Assembly: GCA_965220965.1 (NCBI GenBank)
Contig: OZ244852.1
Coordinates: forward strand, 64,001 to 128,000
Source: Candidatus Marinacidobacterium sp.
Lineage (GTDB): Bacteria > Acidobacteriota > Vicinamibacteria > Marinacidobacterales > Marinacidobacteraceae
Direction: 5' to 3'
DNA length: 64,000 nt
Below the pieces are notes generated by a model. That model was not told the DNA's origin and searched no databases. It saw only the letters and a program-made list of their open reading frames with translations. Below are positions 53,009-62,066 of the stretch, one piece after another. Position 1 is the stretch's first letter; the number at the start of each line of letters is the position of its first letter. Both the position numbers and the translations under genes were made by a program.

Positions 53009-55405
53009 GTGTTCCGTTTCCTTTCCCTGATCCTTTCTCTTTGTCTCGCGGCGTCCGCCTGGTTCGCCGCCCCTGCTTCCGCGGCGGTCGCCGCCCAGGA
53101 AAGCGGCGCGGTGCGCGGCGCCGTCACCTTCGTCGAGAGCGGCGCTCCGGTCCGGGGCGCCGTGGTCCGGGTCGTCGCCACCGGAGTCTCCTCCACGACC
53201 GACGAGGACGGGCGTTTCGAGATCTCGCCCCTGCCGGTGGGCGCCCATGAACTCGTCGTCGAACACGGGCTCTTCGTCAGCGACCGGCGGAGCATCACCG
53301 TGACCGCTGGCGCCGCCGTCGTGGCCGACTTCGCGATCGAGCCGCTGGTCGCCGAACGGGTCGAGGTCACCGCCACCGCCCCCGGCTACCGCCGGGAGAG
53401 CGCGGTCGTGGGCCGCACCCCCGCCCCGCTGCTCGACACCCCGGCGTCCATCCAGGTGATCGGGCGCGAACTCATCGAGGACCAGGCCGCCGTCGAATCC
53501 GACGAGGCCTACCGCAACTTCGCCGGCCTCACCTCCTCTCCCTACGCCAGCGTCGTGGCCCGCGGGTTCACCCAGCGGGACTTCGTCTTCAACGGCGTCC
53601 GGGGCAACCCCTTCGGCAGCCTCGGCGGGGACGTCAACAACTCCGGCTTCAGCGTGAGCCAGCTCCAGCTCACGAACATCGAGCGGATCGAGGTCCTCAA
53701 GGGCCCGGCCTCGGTGCTCTACGGCTCCACCGAGCCCGGCGGCGTCGTCAACTTCGTGAGCGTGAAGCCGCAGGAGGAGTGGAACGTCGAGGGGAGCCTG
53801 CGGCTCGGCCAGTACGGCCAGTTCTTCGGTCACGGTGAGATCACCGGGGCGATCGATGAAGGCGGGCGGTTGCTCCACCGGGTGGCCGCGTACGGCAGCA
53901 CTCGCGACAGCTTCCGGAACAACGCGTCGATGGCGAACACCCACATCGTGAGCAACGCGCTGTGGCGGGTCACCGACAGCGCGACGATCGCGGTGGATTA
54001 CGAGAACATCACCCAGAATCTCGCGGGACACCGCCTGCGGGGCGTTCCGGTCAACTCCGACGGCGAGTTCCTCACCGACATCGCCTGGACCGCCACCGAA
54101 CCCACGGACTTCACCGAGCTGGACGCCCACGTTCTCCAGGTCCGCTGGGACCAGATCTTCGCGGATGACTGGACGCTGGACGCCACGGTCCGGTATCTCC
54201 AGTACGACCGGCAGCAGGAGTACCACGAGCCGCGCGGGATCACCGCCGAGAACACGATGAAGCGGCATTTCCGCGACCAGACGCGGGAAAACGACGACAT
54301 CGGTGTCGTGCTGAACGTGAACCGGATCCTCCGGACCGGTTCGGTCACCCACCGGCTGCTCTTCGGCGCCGACATGTTCCGGCAGGACCACCTGTTCCGC
54401 TACGGCAGGGCGCGCGATACGGCGGCCGGCGGCCCGGTCCCCGACCTGTCGCTGTCCGATCCGGTCTACGGCGTGACGCGCGGGGCTGACTACGGCCTCA
54501 CCGAGGACTCCTTCTCGACGGACACCGCCGTGGCCCGGCAGGTCGGGATCTATCTCCAGGACCACCTCGACTTCGGCGACTCGTTCCACCTGGTCGCGGG
54601 CGGCCGCTACAACACCTACGACGACAGCGGCTTCTCCAGCGGGAACGACCTGGTCAGCGAGGAGGCCGGCCTCACCGGACGCCTGGGCCTGGTCTACAAG
54701 CCGATCGCGTCGTGGTCGCTCTACGGCAGCTACTCGACGAGCTTCAACCGGCCGAGCGTGCTGGCGCAGACCCCGAGCGCCAACGGTCCGCACGATCCGG
54801 AGACCGCGGTCCAGCTCGAGCTGGGCGCGAAGACCGACCTGCGCGACGGACTCTCGTTCACCGGCGCGCTCTTCACGATCACCAAGTCGAACGTGCTGCG
54901 GCCCGATCCGGACTACGGCCCGACCGGGGCCAACTGGAACGCCGCGCTCCAGGTGGGCGAGGCGAGGAACCGGGGATTCGAGCTCGAGCTGCTCGGCGAA
55001 CTCGCGTCGGGCTGGGACGTCGCGGCGAACTACGCCTTCCTCGACTCCGAGATCCTCGAGGACACGAGCGCCGACGTCGTCGGCTCGCCGCTGCCGAACG
55101 CCGCCCGCCACGCCCTCGGCGTCTTCACCCGATTCGAGCTGCCGTGGGAGCTGGCGCTCGGGGCGGGGGTCACCTCGGTCGGGGAGCGCTTCGAGCCCTA
55201 CGCCGGCATCCGGGTCCCGGCGTACACCGTCATGGACCTTCACGCCTACCGGCGGCTTGGACCTTACGCGCGGCTCCACGTGAAGCTGGAGAACGCCTTC
55301 GACACGATCTACGCCACGAGCGCGCTCTTCTCCGCCCGGGCGGGGAACTTCCCCGGGCAGCCCCGGACGCTCTCGGTGATGGTGACCTTCAACGGCCTGC
55401 GCTGA
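53009..55405 (+). CDS. TonB-dependent receptor with N-terminal carboxypeptidase-regulatory-like domain
   Basis: Signal peptide; DTPASIQVI, IERIEVLKGPASVLYG..EPGGVVN, PET..Q.ELGAK, ENAFD..Y, PGQPRT. Confidence 0.92.
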   Translation: MFRFLSLILSLCLAASAWFAAPASAAVAAQESGAVRGAVTFVESGAPVRGAVVRVVATGVSSTTDEDGRFEISPLPVGAHELVVEHGLFVSDRRSITVTAGAAVVADFAIEPLVAERVEVTATAPGYRRESAVVGRTPAPLLDTPASIQVIGRELIEDQAAVESDEAYRNFAGLTSSPYASVVARGFTQRDFVFNGVRGNPFGSLGGDVNNSGFSVSQLQLTNIERIEVLKGPASVLYGSTEPGGVVNFVSVKPQEEWNVEGSLRLGQYGQFFGHGEITGAIDEGGRLLHRVAAYGSTRDSFRNNASMANTHIVSNALWRVTDSATIAVDYENITQNLAGHRLRGVPVNSDGEFLTDIAWTATEPTDFTELDAHVLQVRWDQIFADDWTLDATVRYLQYDRQQEYHEPRGITAENTMKRHFRDQTRENDDIGVVLNVNRILRTGSVTHRLLFGADMFRQDHLFRYGRARDTAAGGPVPDLSLSDPVYGVTRGADYGLTEDSFSTDTAVARQVGIYLQDHLDFGDSFHLVAGGRYNTYDDSGFSSGNDLVSEEAGLTGRLGLVYKPIASWSLYGSYSTSFNRPSVLAQTPSANGPHDPETAVQLELGAKTDLRDGLSFTGALFTITKSNVLRPDPDYGPTGANWNAALQVGEARNRGFELELLGELASGWDVAANYAFLDSEILEDTSADVVGSPLPNAARHALGVFTRFELPWELALGAGVTSVGERFEPYAGIRVPAYTVMDLHAYRRLGPYARLHVKLENAFDTIYATSALFSARAGNFPGQPRTLSVMVTFNGLR

Positions 55406-55432
55406 CGGAGGCGGATCGCCCCGAACCGGCGC

Positions 55433-55452
55433 CGGGGTCCTGTCGGACCCCG
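55433..55452. terminator. Hairpin between convergent genes
   Basis: CGGGGTCC-TGTC-GGACCCCG followed by CTCTTCC. Confidence 0.5.
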
Positions 55453-55468
55453 CTCTTCCGGAACCGGG

Positions 55469-57124
55469 TCAGTTCCCCTGGGGGCGTCCGCGTCCTGAGA
55501 CGTTGAGGACGCCCCCTCCCTCCAGCGCCACCAGAGCACCGGCCTCGGGGATCTCCAGCTCCTGGACGGTCCCCGAGGGCCACCGGATCGAGATCGGAGT
55601 TCCTTCGGGGCCCGCCAGCAGGATGCGCCGCGCATTCGTGGACAGGTAGCTCGACCCGGCGGTGACGAGGGAGAGCGCTCCGCCGGTCCGCACGATCGCT
55701 CCCACCCCCTCTCGCGGGGATTCGCGGCCCACGAGTCGCAGCGACGCGGCGGCGCGGCCAGCGGACTCGTTGCGCAGCAGCCCCGCCGGGCCGCCGGAGC
55801 GTGACGCCGCGAGGTCCACCCGGCCGTCGCCATCGAAGTCCCCGGTCGCCAGTCCCCGACCCACCCGGGGGGCAAGCCCGAGCGCAACCGGCTCGAACCG
55901 GCCGCCGAGGTTCCGGAAGCAGGCGTCGGGCTGAAGGTAGGTCGAGCCCGGGAACAGCAGATCGGCGTTCGGAAGCACGTGTCCGTTCGCCACGCAGACA
56001 TCGGGGAGGCCGTCGCTGTCCAGATCGGCGAACACCACCCCGAATCCCAGCCGGGCGAGCGTCGGGCGCCCGACGCCGGAGAGGAACGATGCGTCCCGGA
56101 ACACGCCGTGGCGGTCGGCCACGTGGAGGGTGTTTGGCTCGCCCTGGAAGTTCGTGACGAACAGGTCGAGGTCGCCGTCCGGTTCGATGTCGGCGGCGGC
56201 CACTCCCATGCCCGCCAGCGCGTTCCCGTCGCCGTCGTAGGCGACTCCCGCCGGGAGTCCCCGCTCCCGGAAGCGCAGTCCCCCGACGTTCTCGAACAGG
56301 AAATTGGGCGTCGTGTCGTTCGCGACCAGCAGGTCGGGCAGACCGTCTCCGATCCAGTCCCCCGCCAGCGCTCCGAGTCCTTTCCCGGCGGCGAGCGCCA
56401 CCCCGGCGAGCTCCCCGATTTCCCGGAACGCGCCGTCCCCGAGGTTCTCGTAGAGCAGGTCGGGCGCTCCCCGGAACGCGTCGGGCAGGCAGTAGGAGCG
56501 GACCCGTTCCCCGCCGACGGTCCGGGCGCATTCCGGATTTCGCGTCGGGGACCAGTCCAGATAGCGGGTCACGAACAGATCGAGGTCCCCGTCCCGGTCC
56601 AGATCGGCAAAGGCCGCCCCCGCGCTCCAGCCGTCTCCCTCGACGCCGACCGCGCGCCGCGCGAATGTCCCGTCGCCGAGGTTCTCGTAGTAGAGGTCGG
56701 GTCCCGCCCGGGTCAGGAAGAGATCGGGATCCCCGTCGGCGTCCACATCGGCCGCCACCGCGCCCATCCCGTAGCCCGGAGACGGCGCCGGTCCTCCGAA
56801 CCCGGCCTCCCGGCTCACGTCGCGGAAGCGTCCGCGGCCGTCGTTGCGGAACAGCGCTCCGACCCGCGCCGGGGACCGTCCGGCTCCCGGGATCTCGCCT
56901 CCCTCCACGAAGAAGAGGTCGAGCGACCCGTCCCCGTCGTAGTCGAGCGCCGCCACCCCGGATCCCATCGTTTCGGGCGGATGCCATTCCCCCCGCGCCC
57001 CGCGCTCGTGACGGAAGGTGATGCCGACCTCCTCCGCCACGTCCCGCAGCGCGATCTGCGCCGCCTCCGCGGCGCTCGCGGAGAGGAGGAGCCCGCAGAC
57101 TCCGGGGAGGATTCCGACCCTCAC
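55469..57124 (-). CDS. CRTAC1-like FG-GAP repeat protein with ASPIC/UnbV-like C-terminus
   Basis: Repeated DxDxDGDxDLF motifs, ETMGSG, AGMGV, GRGLATGDFDGDG, IRWPSG. Confidence 0.85.
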   Translation of the reverse strand: MRVGILPGVCGLLLSASAAEAAQIALRDVAEEVGITFRHERGARGEWHPPETMGSGVAALDYDGDGSLDLFFVEGGEIPGAGRSPARVGALFRNDGRGRFRDVSREAGFGGPAPSPGYGMGAVAADVDADGDPDLFLTRAGPDLYYENLGDGTFARRAVGVEGDGWSAGAAFADLDRDGDLDLFVTRYLDWSPTRNPECARTVGGERVRSYCLPDAFRGAPDLLYENLGDGAFREIGELAGVALAAGKGLGALAGDWIGDGLPDLLVANDTTPNFLFENVGGLRFRERGLPAGVAYDGDGNALAGMGVAAADIEPDGDLDLFVTNFQGEPNTLHVADRHGVFRDASFLSGVGRPTLARLGFGVVFADLDSDGLPDVCVANGHVLPNADLLFPGSTYLQPDACFRNLGGRFEPVALGLAPRVGRGLATGDFDGDGRVDLAASRSGGPAGLLRNESAGRAAASLRLVGRESPREGVGAIVRTGGALSLVTAGSSYLSTNARRILLAGPEGTPISIRWPSGTVQELEIPEAGALVALEGGGVLNVSGRGRPQGN

Positions 57125-57152
57125 TCCCCGTCGTCCAGCCGGCGCACCCGCT

Positions 57153-57401
57153 TCAGGCGGCCGGACCCGCCGCGGCGCACTCCGGCGAGCAGTAGTTCCG
57201 CCCGGCGCGAGTCACGATCTCGTCTCTCGGCACATGGAGATCGCAGTGGGCGCAGCCGACGACTTCTCCCCGCAGCTCCCTCTGGCCAGGTCCGCGGACC
57301 ACTTCCGGCGCCGGGCGCTTCGGCCGAATCAGCGCCCGGATCACCCCCCAGACGATCCGCACGAGGACGACCGCCGCCAGGATCTGCAGGAGGCGGAGCA
57401 T
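57153..57401 (-). CDS. PP0621-like small TM protein with Zn-finger/TRASH-like domain
   Basis: TM helix then VGCAHCDLHVP...YCSPEC. Confidence 0.75.
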   Translation of the reverse strand: MLRLLQILAAVVLVRIVWGVIRALIRPKRPAPEVVRGPGQRELRGEVVGCAHCDLHVPRDEIVTRAGRNYCSPECAAAGPAA

Positions 57402-57432
57402 CGGGTCCGCGAACGATCTTACTTTCGGGTCA

Positions 57433-58194
57433 TCAGGACGGGGTTGCGGCGCCGCCGTCCCACCGGCAGGACCAGAGGAAGAGCTCCCGTCCCCGTTCGC
57501 CGAAGGGGTAGGGCAGGCGCTCCGGCGCGAAGCCCGCCTGGCGAAAGAGGCGCTCCCAGGTCGCGACCCGGAAGAGCCCCACCGTGTGCCGGTCCACTTC
57601 GACCCGCACATCGTCGCCCTCGCGCAGGAAGAACACGTAGACGGTGTCCATGACGGATCCGCCGGAGGGCCGGGTCGAGGAGTACTCCACGAACGTCAGC
57701 TCGCGTTTCCCGTCGCGCCGGGTCTCGTGCGAAACATGGGGGGAGACGAAGGTGTCGGCGTAATCGTCGGGGACGACGAGGAGGCGGCCTCCGGGGCGCA
57801 GGTGGGCCCGCGCGGTGGTGAAAGCCGCGAGGAGGTGGTCCTCGGTCGTCATGTAGGAGACGGCGTCGTGGATGAGCACCGCGTCGAAGGTCGAGCCGAG
57901 GCGGACCGTGCGCATGTCGCCGATGTGGTGGCGGACGTCGGGGTTCAGCCGCCGGGAGTGCGCCAGCATGCCCTCCGAGAGATCCACCGCGGTGGCCTGG
58001 TGGCGCGCGGCGATCCGGTGGAGGTGGTGGCCGCCGCCGGAACCCAGGTCGAGCAGCCGGAGCCGGCGGTCGCCGAAGGCGTCGGCCAGCGCCCGGAGAA
58101 TGTGGTCGGACTCTTCGGCGTAGTCCTCCGGCGGGCTCATCAGCGGCCAGAGATCGGCGAGGTCGGTGTAGAGGCGTCCCGGCGGCTCGCTCAT
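57433..58194 (-). CDS. Class I SAM-dependent methyltransferase
   Basis: LLDLGSGGG, VDLSEGML, GDMRTVRLG..FDAVLIHDA, HLRPGG. Confidence 0.88.
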   Translation of the reverse strand: MSEPPGRLYTDLADLWPLMSPPEDYAEESDHILRALADAFGDRRLRLLDLGSGGGHHLHRIAARHQATAVDLSEGMLAHSRRLNPDVRHHIGDMRTVRLGSTFDAVLIHDAVSYMTTEDHLLAAFTTARAHLRPGGRLLVVPDDYADTFVSPHVSHETRRDGKRELTFVEYSSTRPSGGSVMDTVYVFFLREGDDVRVEVDRHTVGLFRVATWERLFRQAGFAPERLPYPFGERGRELFLWSCRWDGGAATPS

Positions 58195-58408
58195 GCGGCG
58201 GGGACCTCGACCTGCGTCACGTAGACTTGGCGTGGCATCGGCCCTCCCGCTTCATCGGGACCGGCGGTCCCGGGAACTCCAGCGCTTCCGCCAGATTGTC
58301 GCGGGCCCCGGCGACCGTGTCTCCCTGGCTCACGACTTTCGGTCCCGGAGCGAGCGCTACGAATCTGTCTCGATCACGGTCCACGATGGCGGTCCGGGTT
58401 CTGCTCAC
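58191..58408 (-). pseudogene. hicB: Frameshifted, degraded HicB-family antitoxin
   Basis: TAIVDRD.D.FVAL.P...VSQGDTV..ARDNLAEALE; HicB-like tail (TAGPDE...QVYVTQVEVPAA-stop) continues in another frame. Confidence 0.65.
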
Positions 58409-58514
58409 GCTCGTTTCCTCGGCGGCGATGCTCGGCGCAACCTGCGGGAGGGAGGGGACACCGCCAGAGCCGGCCCAAGGGAGTCAGGATAGGCCGACTT
58501 CCGGAGAAACGCCC

Positions 58515-58910
58515 ATGTCGCCTGAAACCATGGACTCCAGCGGACTCGCGCCCTGTCCGGAGCGCTGGAACTGCGTCGTCAGCCGCGAGGACGCGCTTCC
58601 GCGTCACCGCATCGAGCCGTTCCGCGTCGCCGGGGCGCCCGAGGCGGCGTTCGACCGGCTGCGCGGGCTGCTCGAGTCATGGCCCCGGACGACGGTCGTC
58701 GAGGCGGGGAGCGGCCTCCTTCGCGCGGAATGCCGCAGCCGGCTGGGATTCACCGACGACCTCGAGTTCCGGTGGGATCCGGCGCGAAGCGTGATCCACG
58801 TCCGCTCCGCCTCCCGCGTCGGGATGTGGGACCTCGGCGTCAACCGGCGTCGGGTCGAGGCGCTGCGCGGGCGCTTCCAGGAACCCCGGAGCTCGCCAGA
58901 GCCCCGCTGA
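58515..58910 (+). CDS. DUF1499 family protein
   Basis: LAPCP..WNCV, GFTDDLEF, IHVRSASRVG.WDLGVNRRRVE; alternative start 58386. Confidence 0.85.
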   Translation: MSPETMDSSGLAPCPERWNCVVSREDALPRHRIEPFRVAGAPEAAFDRLRGLLESWPRTTVVEAGSGLLRAECRSRLGFTDDLEFRWDPARSVIHVRSASRVGMWDLGVNRRRVEALRGRFQEPRSSPEPR

Positions 58911-61900
58911 CGCTCCGTCTTCCGTCCCGGGCCTCGTGAAGCAGCGAGGTCAGCACCGGGACGAGGAAGAGGGTGATCATGGTGGCGAACGCGACGCCGA
59001 ACGCCAGCGAAGCGGCCATCGGGATGAGGAACTGGGCCTGCGCGCTCCGTTCGGCGAGCAGCGGCGCAAGGCCCGCGCAGGTCGTCACCGTCGTGAGCAG
59101 AACGGGGCGGAAACGGAGGGGGCCGGCGGCGAGGATCGCCTCCCGGGCGGGCATGCCGCCGCGCCGGTTGGCGTTGATGAAGTGGAGCAGGACGAGCGCG
59201 TCGTTCACCACGATCCCGGTCAGCGGGACGATGCCGAAGAAGCTGGGCATCGACAGTTTCACCCCCAGCAGCAGGTGGCCGAGGACGGCGCCCGCCATCC
59301 CGAAGGGAACCGCAGCCAGGATCACGAAGGGCTGGGTCCACGAGGAGAGCGGGATCGCGAGCAGCGCGTAGATCAGGATCACCGCGAGGATCAGGTGCTG
59401 TCCGAGCGCCGCCAGGGTGTCCGCCTGGTCTCCGGCGAGGCCCGCCACCTCGACCCGGACGCCCGGGAATCGCGCCTCGAGGTCTTCGAAGGTTCCGGCC
59501 TGCAGACGGGAGAGCAGCGCGCCGCTGGACGCCAGTTCCGGGTTCACCGCGGCGTGGACCGTCACTGCGCGCCGGCCGTCCACCCGCCGCACGACCGCCA
59601 GCCCCGATTCCGGGGACACCGAGGCCACCTCCTCGAGCGGCGCCACCCCGCCGTCCGGCCGGCGGACCAGCATGTCCCGGATCGCCTCGGAGCTGCTCCG
59701 CTCCCCGGCCGGCGCCCGGAGCATGACCCGGACCTCGTCGCGCCCGCGCTGGATCCGCTGGACCTCCTCTCCGTAGACCGTCTGGCGCAGTTGTCGCCCG
59801 AAGTCGACGGCGCCGATGCCGGTCCCCGCGCCCCCGGGGCGAACCCGGGCCACCAGTTCGGGGGCCAGTCCCTCGAGGTCGTCCCAGACCGCCGTGACCC
59901 CCTGGAATCCGGCGAGCGTCGCCTGCAGAGCGTCCGCCGCCTCGCGGAGCTGGTCCATCCGGTCGCCGCGGAGCCGGAGGGAGACATCCGCCTCCTGTCC
60001 GAGGATCGAATTGACGATCGTCACCTCGGCCCCGTGGGGGAGGTCGCGGGCCCGCTCCCGAAGCCGGTCCGCCACCGACCGCGCCGAGAACCCGGACTGC
60101 TCCTCCGCCGGGACGAGCGCCACCAGGAGCTGACCCGCCGCGGTCGATGCCATCGCGGCGCTCCCCCCGACCGGGCCTCCCGGGCCATGCGAGAGCTGCT
60201 GTCCGGAGAGCGTCGCGATGTAGCGCATGGGATCCACGCCCTGATCCCGCCGGATGTCTTCGCGGATGTCCTCCGCCGCCGCTTCCAGCTCCCGGACGAC
60301 ATCGCGGGTGGCCTCGAAGGGAGAGCCCGCGGGCAGCGACACCTGAACCGTCACGATGTCGCTGTCGAAGGGCGGCGTCATCTCCACCGGGACCCACCCG
60401 CCCCGGACGAGACCGGCGGCGAGCGCCACCCAGAAGATCCCGAGCGCGATCGTGGCGAGCCGGTTGCGCAGCGCCCACCCCAGCGCCGGGCGGTAGGCCC
60501 GACGGATCGTCGCCTCCAGCGCCCGCTGCACCCCGCCCCGGATCCGCGCCAGGATCCGGCTGGGCCGGATCCGGATGCCGCCGTGGACCAGGTGGTGCGG
60601 CAGGATCCAGGCGGCGTCCAGCAGCGAGAACGCCAGCACCGGAAGCACGATGCGGGGCAGGTTGCCCATGAGCTCTCCCCAGACGCCTGGCAGCCCCAGC
60701 AGCGGAAGGAACGCCGCCATGGTGGTCAGCACGCCGAACGCCGCCGGGAACAGCACCTGCCGGGCGCCGAGCACCGCGGCCCCCACCCGGTCGGCCGCCC
60801 CGGCCATCCGCCGCTCGATGTTCTCCCCCACCACGATCGCATCGTCGACCACGATCCCGAGCGTCAGGATGAACCCGAACAGGCTGATCATGTTCAGGGT
60901 GACCCCGAGGCCCGGCATCAGGAGGAACGCCCCGAAGAACGCCACCGGCAGCCCGGCCGCCGTCCACACCGCGACCCGGCTCGACAGGGCCAGGAACAGC
61001 ACGAGGAAGATGAGCGCGAGACCCTGCAGGCCGTTCCGGACCAGGACCGACATCCGGCTCTCGTAGAGCTCCCACGCGTCATACCAGGGGGTCGCCGAGA
61101 TCGCCTCCGGGAGCGCCGCCGAGATCCGGCGCACCTCGGCGTGGACCGCCTCGGCCGTCTCGAGCAGCCGCGCTCCCGGCGCCTGGAGGACCTCGAGGAA
61201 GATCGCAGGCTCTCCGTTCATGCGCGCGCTCCGGCGGACATCCGCGAAGCCGTCCGTCACGACCCCCACATCGCCGAGCGTGACCGCCCCCCCGCCGGGG
61301 GCCGCGATCAGCGGGATGCGCTCGAACTCCCGGGCGTTCGAGGCCTCCGCATCGGCGCGGAGCCTCACCTCCGCGGTCGGCGTGCGCACCGAGCCGCCCG
61401 GGATGTCCATCGACTGCCGCCGCACCGCCGCCGCAACCTGGTCGAAGGTGAGCCCGAACCGGGTCAGCGCGTCGGACGAGACTTCGATCGCGACCTCGTA
61501 GTCGCGGCCGCTCGCCACCTCGACGGCGGAGACTCCGGCAACCTGGGCGAGCTCGTCGCGCGCCCGGCGCGCCGCTTCGGTGAGCGAGCGTTCGTCGGCC
61601 GCGCCGTGAACCGCGATCCGCAGCAGGAGCCGGTCCACCGCGATCTCGGAGATCACCGGATCCTCGGCGTCCCCGGGGAGGGTGGTGAGCGACTCGACCC
61701 TCTCGCGCACGTCGTCGCTGACCGACCGGAAGTCCGCCCACGACTCGACCGCGACGGTGAACAGCCCGAGCCCGTCGGTGGCGACCGCGGTCGTCTCCTC
61801 GATGCCGGAGACGTCGCGGACGGCCTCCTCGAGCGCGGTCAGCACCGCTTCCTCGATGACCTCGGCGGACGCGCCGGGGACGACGGTTCGCACCAGGAGC

Positions 61901-62064
61901 GCCGAGGACCGGACCTCCGGGATCATCTCCTGCGGGACGCCGCGGATGGTGAGCAGTCCGCCCAGGAAGATCCCGACGAGCAGCAGGTTCGCCGCCACCC
62001 GGTTCCGGACGAACCAGGGGATGACTCCCCGCGGCGCCGGGTCGGTTCCCGTCGGCGGGGACAC
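58840..62064 (-). CDS. RND efflux permease (AcrB/AcrD/AcrF family)
   Basis: NRVAANLL, GIVVDDAIVVGENI, GIVVNDALVL, RFRPVLLTTVTT. Confidence 0.93.
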   Translation of the reverse strand: MSPPTGTDPAPRGVIPWFVRNRVAANLLLVGIFLGGLLTIRGVPQEMIPEVRSSALLVRTVVPGASAEVIEEAVLTALEEAVRDVSGIEETTAVATDGLGLFTVAVESWADFRSVSDDVRERVESLTTLPGDAEDPVISEIAVDRLLLRIAVHGAADERSLTEAARRARDELAQVAGVSAVEVASGRDYEVAIEVSSDALTRFGLTFDQVAAAVRRQSMDIPGGSVRTPTAEVRLRADAEASNAREFERIPLIAAPGGGAVTLGDVGVVTDGFADVRRSARMNGEPAIFLEVLQAPGARLLETAEAVHAEVRRISAALPEAISATPWYDAWELYESRMSVLVRNGLQGLALIFLVLFLALSSRVAVWTAAGLPVAFFGAFLLMPGLGVTLNMISLFGFILTLGIVVDDAIVVGENIERRMAGAADRVGAAVLGARQVLFPAAFGVLTTMAAFLPLLGLPGVWGELMGNLPRIVLPVLAFSLLDAAWILPHHLVHGGIRIRPSRILARIRGGVQRALEATIRRAYRPALGWALRNRLATIALGIFWVALAAGLVRGGWVPVEMTPPFDSDIVTVQVSLPAGSPFEATRDVVRELEAAAEDIREDIRRDQGVDPMRYIATLSGQQLSHGPGGPVGGSAAMASTAAGQLLVALVPAEEQSGFSARSVADRLRERARDLPHGAEVTIVNSILGQEADVSLRLRGDRMDQLREAADALQATLAGFQGVTAVWDDLEGLAPELVARVRPGGAGTGIGAVDFGRQLRQTVYGEEVQRIQRGRDEVRVMLRAPAGERSSSEAIRDMLVRRPDGGVAPLEEVASVSPESGLAVVRRVDGRRAVTVHAAVNPELASSGALLSRLQAGTFEDLEARFPGVRVEVAGLAGDQADTLAALGQHLILAVILIYALLAIPLSSWTQPFVILAAVPFGMAGAVLGHLLLGVKLSMPSFFGIVPLTGIVVNDALVLLHFINANRRGGMPAREAILAAGPLRFRPVLLTTVTTCAGLAPLLAERSAQAQFLIPMAASLAFGVAFATMITLFLVPVLTSLLHEARDGRRSVSGALASSGVPGSARAAPRPDAG

Positions 62065-62066
62065 GG

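Noticed and set aside
55469-57124. Repeated DxDxDG motifs as a DNA repeat array
   Set aside because: Ordinary FG-GAP protein repeats with diverged codons
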